Assembly: GCA_023515725.1 (NCBI GenBank)
Contig: JALDTO010000114.1
Location: 1 to 57,160, forward strand
DNA length: 57,160 nucleotides
Direction of reading: 5' to 3'
Origin: Amoeboaphelidium protococcarum X5
Taxonomy: Eukaryota; Fungi; Aphelidiomycota
The notes under the pieces were generated by a model. It saw only the letters and a list, made by a program, of their open reading frames with translations, was not told the origin of the DNA and ran no database searches. Shown piece after piece: positions 51,752 through 57,160 of this stretch. The stretch's first letter is position 1. Every line of letters begins with the position of its first letter. Made by a program: the position numbers and the translations under genes.

Positions 51752-53758
51752 ATGAGTCTCGATTATAAGAATGTGAGATAAAGTTAGTTGGATGCTCTGG
51801 TGTAAATGTTAAACTTGAATCAGTCGGCGGATGAGTAAAAGTAGAGCCAGTAGTCGTAACATCATCAACTCACTGTGTGGAAAGTGTTGATATACGACCG
51901 TAAAGGACAAGATGTTATTGCACCTCTGCTGAGATTGAGCAAGTTGAGAGAACTCTGTATAACTCTGCATCTTCTGATTGACTCACCAGATAGGGCGGCT
52001 GAGAGTGTCGAGGATGCACCTGCAATCTACTTTATTGAGCCAACGCGGGAGAATATTAAACTGCTGGCTCGAGACTTGTCTTTGAAATTGTATAGTGAGT
52101 TCTATGTCAACTTTTCCTATACAATCAGCCGTGATTTGCTTGAAGAATTGGCTTAGTAGACTATTAATGATGGTTCCTTTCAGTTGATTCGCAGTGTTTT
52201 TGATTAGTACCTGGACTTTGCCTCGCTTGAGAAGTAGATGTTTACTCTCAACTTGCCGGACTCGTATCAGGTACTTAATGACTAGAAGAGCACAGATTCT
52301 GTGATTGAAGCCTTCATTAAGCGGATTGTCAACTCTCTGTTCTGTGTCTGTGTCACTTGTCACGTTGTGCCTATTATTCGCTGTCAACCTGGTGGTGCTG
52401 CAGAAATGGTGTCTCGTCAACTGGATTAAAAGTTGCGTGATTATGTTAGATCCGCCGGTAAAGATGCCAACAATAGTAGTTAGAACTAATAGAAGCAGGA
52501 TTAATTTATGCAAGCCAGGCGCCCAGTGTTAATTATTCTCGATAGAAACATTGATCTGGCCACAATGTTGCACCACACTTGGAGCTATTAATGCATGGTG
52601 CATGATTTGCTAAGCATGTCCGCCAACCGAATTACTTTTGTTGACCAGGAGGGTGGAAGGCAGGTTAAGCGTGTGTACGACTTCGATCTGGATGATTACT
52701 TTTGGAGTGCCAATGCATTCAATCTGTTCCCCATCATGGCTGAGAATGTGGATGCAGAATTGACCAAGTATAAACAGGAGACTGCGGATCTTACCAGATC
52801 ATGTGGTGTAGATTCACTGGACGAAATTGAAGCTGCGAGAAGTGGATCTGCATCTTAGTCAACGGCCAGCAGTTTAAAGGTGGCCATCTAACGTTTACCA
52901 GAGTTGACTTAACGAAAACGCATCATTGATATGCATATGAATATTGCCAGCCGACTGTTGAAGAGTATAAAATCTAGACATCTTGATGACTTCATTGTGA
53001 TTGAGGAGAATTTGAGCAAGGCTACGAAATTGAGCATTCTGGAATTAATCAATTCTGCCGACAAGGGATCTGCCAGCGATAAGATTAGAATGTTTATTGT
53101 TCACTATCTGGCTGGATAGATTGAGTTCACACCTAGTGACATCGCGGAGATTGAAGCTGCTCTGCAGGCATAAAATTGCGATACTGATGTTATTAGATAC
53201 GTCAAGAGCGTGTAGGCATTCAGTAAATTATCATCTAATGCTGTTGGTAGTAGTCAGATGCAGAATTCATAGAATGCCTCAAATTTCTTGAATAGATTGT
53301 CATCTGTGAGGGAGAGCGCGTTCGGATCAGCGCTTGGAAATATTATATCTGGAGTTAAGAACATTCTACCAGCATCTACGAAGCTTCCCGTGACTAGAAT
53401 CGTGGAGTCTATTTGTCAAGATTCTTCATCTGCTCTGAACTCTGCCGCTTTACTAAGCTCAACTGGATTCCAGTCCTAGTAATCCACACCGGATGAGGAG
53501 TATCTGTTCTTTGATCCTAAAGCTAAATAATAGTAGTAGCAGTAGTAGTAATTGTCTGCTTAGTAGAAGCGCGCTAAATAGAACTATGATGAAGCTTTCG
53601 TATTCGTCGTGGGTGGTGGCAATTATGTCGAGTATCAGAATCTCATGGAGTATGGCAAGAATGTTAACAAGAAGATCACCTATGGCAGCACTGAAATTAT
53701 AAATGCTGACGGATTTTTGTAACAATTGTCGCACTTGGGCAAGAGTATGGTGAAATGA
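51752..53758 (+). CDS. SLY1: Sec1/Munc18-family protein Sly1 (SCFD1)
   Basis: [84 protein letters not shown]. Confidence 0.95.
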
Positions 53759-53845
53759 ACTGAAAGTGCTATAAACATAACTTTTTACCTATTTACAGTT
53801 ACATCTTGGAATTAATATCGAAAATTAGAATATATATTTTCAAGA

Positions 53846-54793
53846 TCACTCATTCATCACAACATCTTCAGATGCTGGTGGAGCTGCTGTGTTAGCACCG
53901 GTATTCCACCCAAACTTAACTCCTTCATTCTGACTTGGCTATTGCAGTTAATCACTGAATGATACAGCACTGGCATCTGGATTCATTGAGGAATCTGCAT
54001 TATTAAATACGCCATGAGATGGTTCAAATCTACGTCCATCATCACGCTTATCATGGCCATCATATCTCGGTCTGTGATGACCACCATGACCATCACGATG
54101 ACCTCCGCGACCACCACGCTGAAGTCTATCACCACCGCCACCACTTCTTCTATCATCGCGCCTTGGACCACTAAGACGATTTCTCATAGCTCCGCCACTA
54201 CCACCACCTTGTCCTCCTCTAACTCTGTCATGAGAATACTAGCGACGGCGATTATTACTATGAGCAGAACGATCAGCATCATCTTTCTTGGGCTCTCTGT
54301 ATGGGATATTAAACCTCTCAGCACGACGCTTCCTTCTCTCCTCCTCGCTAATCTCAGAACTCACTTCTACAGGCGGAATCACAATAACTTTGTGAGGATC
54401 CAGTGCAGGTTGCATGACAACATCCTTCTGGGGAGAGACTGGACTATCTACAGCAGCAGGCTTTGTTGTAACGGCGGTACCATGTTGCATCTAAACATTT
54501 ACACTCTGAGTCAACGCTGGCGGCTGCTAGCTAGCACTTAAGAATGCACCGCTTTACTATTACTATTACGGGTGATTCACTTAAGGTTACTGTAGCTACT
54601 ACTAAATGACTTATTATTATTACTACTACTACTACTACTTCTACTATTGTTGTTATGCCAGAGACTGTAAATGGTTATACAATCGTTCAATCAACTCATC
54701 CTTCTTACCGCTCACAGGCAACTCATACTCTTGCAATTTCTCTTTCAACTCGGCAACCTTTAATTTCTTCAATTCCTCCAATTACACTTCCAT
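53846..54793 (-). CDS. SAP-domain RNA-binding protein, THO1/SARNP-like
   Basis: SAP domain LKKLKVAELKEKLQEYELPVSGKKDELIERL, poly-Q encoded largely by TAG/TAA, RKRRAERF motif, RGG-rich tail. 316 codons. Confidence 0.8.
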
Positions 54794-55204
54794 ATTGTCA
54801 ATATTTAATAGTTAATATCCAATGTCAACCTGATGTATTGTAATTAGAACTACAGTAAGCGATTGACCTAAACAGAGTCGATTTGTGTGGAAGGAAACAA
54901 AGAAGAATCCGGCACGATCAACAACAGACAGAAGGAAACACATGACGGTCGTTGATTGAAGCTCATTGAGAAATTAAAGTGGATCTGGCGAATACTATGA
55001 GTTAATTTTGCCTTTATCTGTAATGAAAATAAAAGTTCGCGTCATCATCTTGATCGTACAAGGAATGGCATATTCCACATTGAAACGTTTACCAAATAAC
55101 TCAAACCAAAAGCTCTCGTTCTGTTCAAAGTACTTGCAGTAACGATGCGATTGAGTTAATAACTCGATGTAGTATAGTATATTCATTCCTTTATGTCTGT
55201 CAAT

Positions 55205-56534
55205 TCAGTAATCCCATTTAACGTTGAAATTGACGTAAGGATAATAGTCCTTCTCCAACATTATGCCTTGCAGTTCAGATTCATCACCAAGATTATCATC
55301 CACTGTGCCATTCTTGGACACCTTGTTCTTATTCGCGGGATCAAGATATGCATAATTCTAGTATAATATCAGTCTTACTCTACTCTCAATCTTGTTATTG
55401 ATAGGCTACACATTATTATATTTCATTGAATACAAACGATTAGCCGTGACAAAGACGCAGACATTACCTTGACGGTGAATATTTAGAAATTAGGAGGCAG
55501 ACCATAACGCAGGACACCTTCAACAAAGGAGCGGAGAACTTTCAAGTGAATCCAAGCACTAAAAACTTCACCAAAATTAACTCTGCACAATCTGATTAGA
55601 GAATTCTACACTTACAATGCAGGTATAGTATCACAGATTCAAGACCAACTGATAGAAAACAATAAATTACCTTCAACTCTCGGTTCTGAATAGATAAATC
55701 AGCCAATTCCTTCTTATCAGCATCGATTCTAGCTTAATCATAAGTGTATTCTCGAGGTATAAATTTCAACTCTTTCAATTGCTGTATATACTCCTGCAGC
55801 ACTCGATTAAAGACAACGACAGAGTATAGGAGGTACTCATCATCTTCCGCAACTTTCTAAGCTGATCTAGGCACAACCATGTTGGCAAGACGTTCATATT
55901 AAGACAGAAACTCCTTCTACATCTGCTTTGGTACAGCTACTAGGAGCGTGGTCATATACTCTGAATCTTGCACAAACTGCTCCTTCCTCACTACGGAATC
56001 CAAATTCTTTACCGCAAGTGAGCCGGTCTACTTTCGCTCAATATTGGCAAGATTGTTCTTCACGGTGTTATACTAGGCCAGTTTGGACTTGATCATGGAG
56101 TCTATGGAGTTGACCTCAGCCAGAAGGTTATCAGCAATATCCTTGATGCTCTTATCGTTCCTATACTTTACCAGATTCCAGCTGAATCCACGCATCAAGT
56201 ACTAGTCAGTGGAGACATCATTCACAGCCAGAATGGAATTGATAGACTGAGAACTGGCGCCACTACCAACACTGGTACCACTATTCGTAAACTAGGAGTC
56301 CACCAACGACTTTAACGTCTCCACAATCTTCACGGCTTACTACTCCACGATGGTATCCATCTTGCCAAGCTCATCTGAGATCACAATCAGAGAGTCTAGA
56401 GTGCCAACCTTGAATTCAGGTATTCTCAGATCATTAACATTGGCAGTCTAATTCAAAATACTCTTCACTTTATCCACCACTTATCTCTTATCCTGGCCCT
56501 CTCTAGCAGGCAGATTTACCATAAAATACAACAT
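55205..56534 (-). CDS. VMA5: V-type ATPase subunit C
   Basis: [62 protein letters not shown]. Introns at 55606-55670 and 55406-55467. Confidence 0.95.
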
Positions 56535-57160
56535 TCTACTTTATCCAATTTAATAGTAATGATTCACGAATTACTTGAAATCCAGAGATACAATATACAA
56601 GCAAAACAGTAGATATATGAAGTTAAACAGGTAGTGCAACCAATGAGAGCTATCTCTCTATAGGTAAGTCAAGTCAAGTCAGTAAGAGAACAATTGCAAC
56701 GAAAAGGAAATGTGGAATAAACGCGAGAACGAGAGCGAGATGATGCGGGACAAGTCCACTGTTAATCGCCTGTTATAAAATTAATGTGCTTAGAGTAAAG
56801 TTTTCAAAGGGACAGTGATAGAGAGAATTTGCAGTAAGATCGCGTCAACAGATCAGCAAATATTGGTAAAAGTGGGATAGATATGCTGTAATGAGTTCCA
56901 GGCCATCTTCTGCCAGTCAGAAGCTGTGATAACTACTTAAGATGAGTATGTGAAAAGGACCATCACACTTATAGTAGATAATTAAAATATAGTAAAGGTT
57001 TAAATATCGCGGGTAGATATATACTACGCCTGAATGTTCGTTTCGCTCGTTTAAAAACAAAAGTTCCTTAAAGGGAGATCATTCGACCTCTGGTGTAAAG
57101 AAAACTTACTATCTATTTCGTGTGTTTGATGTGTGCAACGCGCGATCATAATTTCTGTTT

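Noticed and set aside
54590-54660. (TAC)n/(TAT)n microsatellite and the poly-Tyr ORF at 54606-54815
   Set aside because: It is the reverse complement of a TAG/TAA-encoded poly-Gln tract in the SAP-domain gene.
37653-54793. Possible mRNA-export gene cluster (THOC2, THO1/SARNP-like, with NUP107 elsewhere in the window)
   Set aside because: The genes are separated by several unrelated genes. Co-location in a dense genome is plausible by chance.
54830-55190. Minus-strand ORF MNILYYIELL... between VMA5 and the SAP gene
   Set aside because: It starts about 20 bp after the VMA5 stop, runs through the next gene's pyrimidine-rich promoter and has no recognisable motif. Probably chance.
56540-57160. 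Search for tRNA (including a suppressor tRNA-Gln), snRNA or rRNA here and in other intergenic regions
   Set aside because: No cloverleaf, T-loop (GTTCRA) context or other RNA-gene signature was recognised by eye. tRNAscan-SE and Infernal would be needed to exclude them.

Overview
Gene-dense eukaryotic nuclear DNA with short GT-AG introns. It uses a non-standard genetic code: TAA and TAG are read as Gln and TGA is the only stop. This is why the supplied standard-code ORF track is fragmented. Re-read with that code, the window holds about 24 protein-coding genes: LST8 (3' part), MAP4K-CNH kinase, GLOD4, NUP107, UBA1, KGD1, eIF2-beta, mitoribosomal mS45, RPS2, USP48, NAMPT, an HPC2/ubinuclein-like protein, an inversin-like ankyrin+IQ protein, a TPR protein, THOC2, mitochondrial EF-G1, (6-4) photolyase, a 4-TM protein, MIX17/CHCHD2, a class-3 lipase, SLY1, THO1/SARNP, VMA5 and a few orphans. 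The mix of fungal-type and animal-type genes plus TAR=Gln suggests an early-diverging opisthokont such as the aphelid Amoeboaphelidium (inference). The main non-housekeeping features are a ~4.4 kb island (about 8.1-12.5 kb) and a perfect 56-bp palindrome at an LST8 intron/exon junction. The island carries a decayed RecQ-like helicase, an upstream region with possible tyrosine-recombinase-like motifs, and a tandem double hairpin. No tRNA, rRNA or CRISPR array was recognised. Coordinates were derived by hand.
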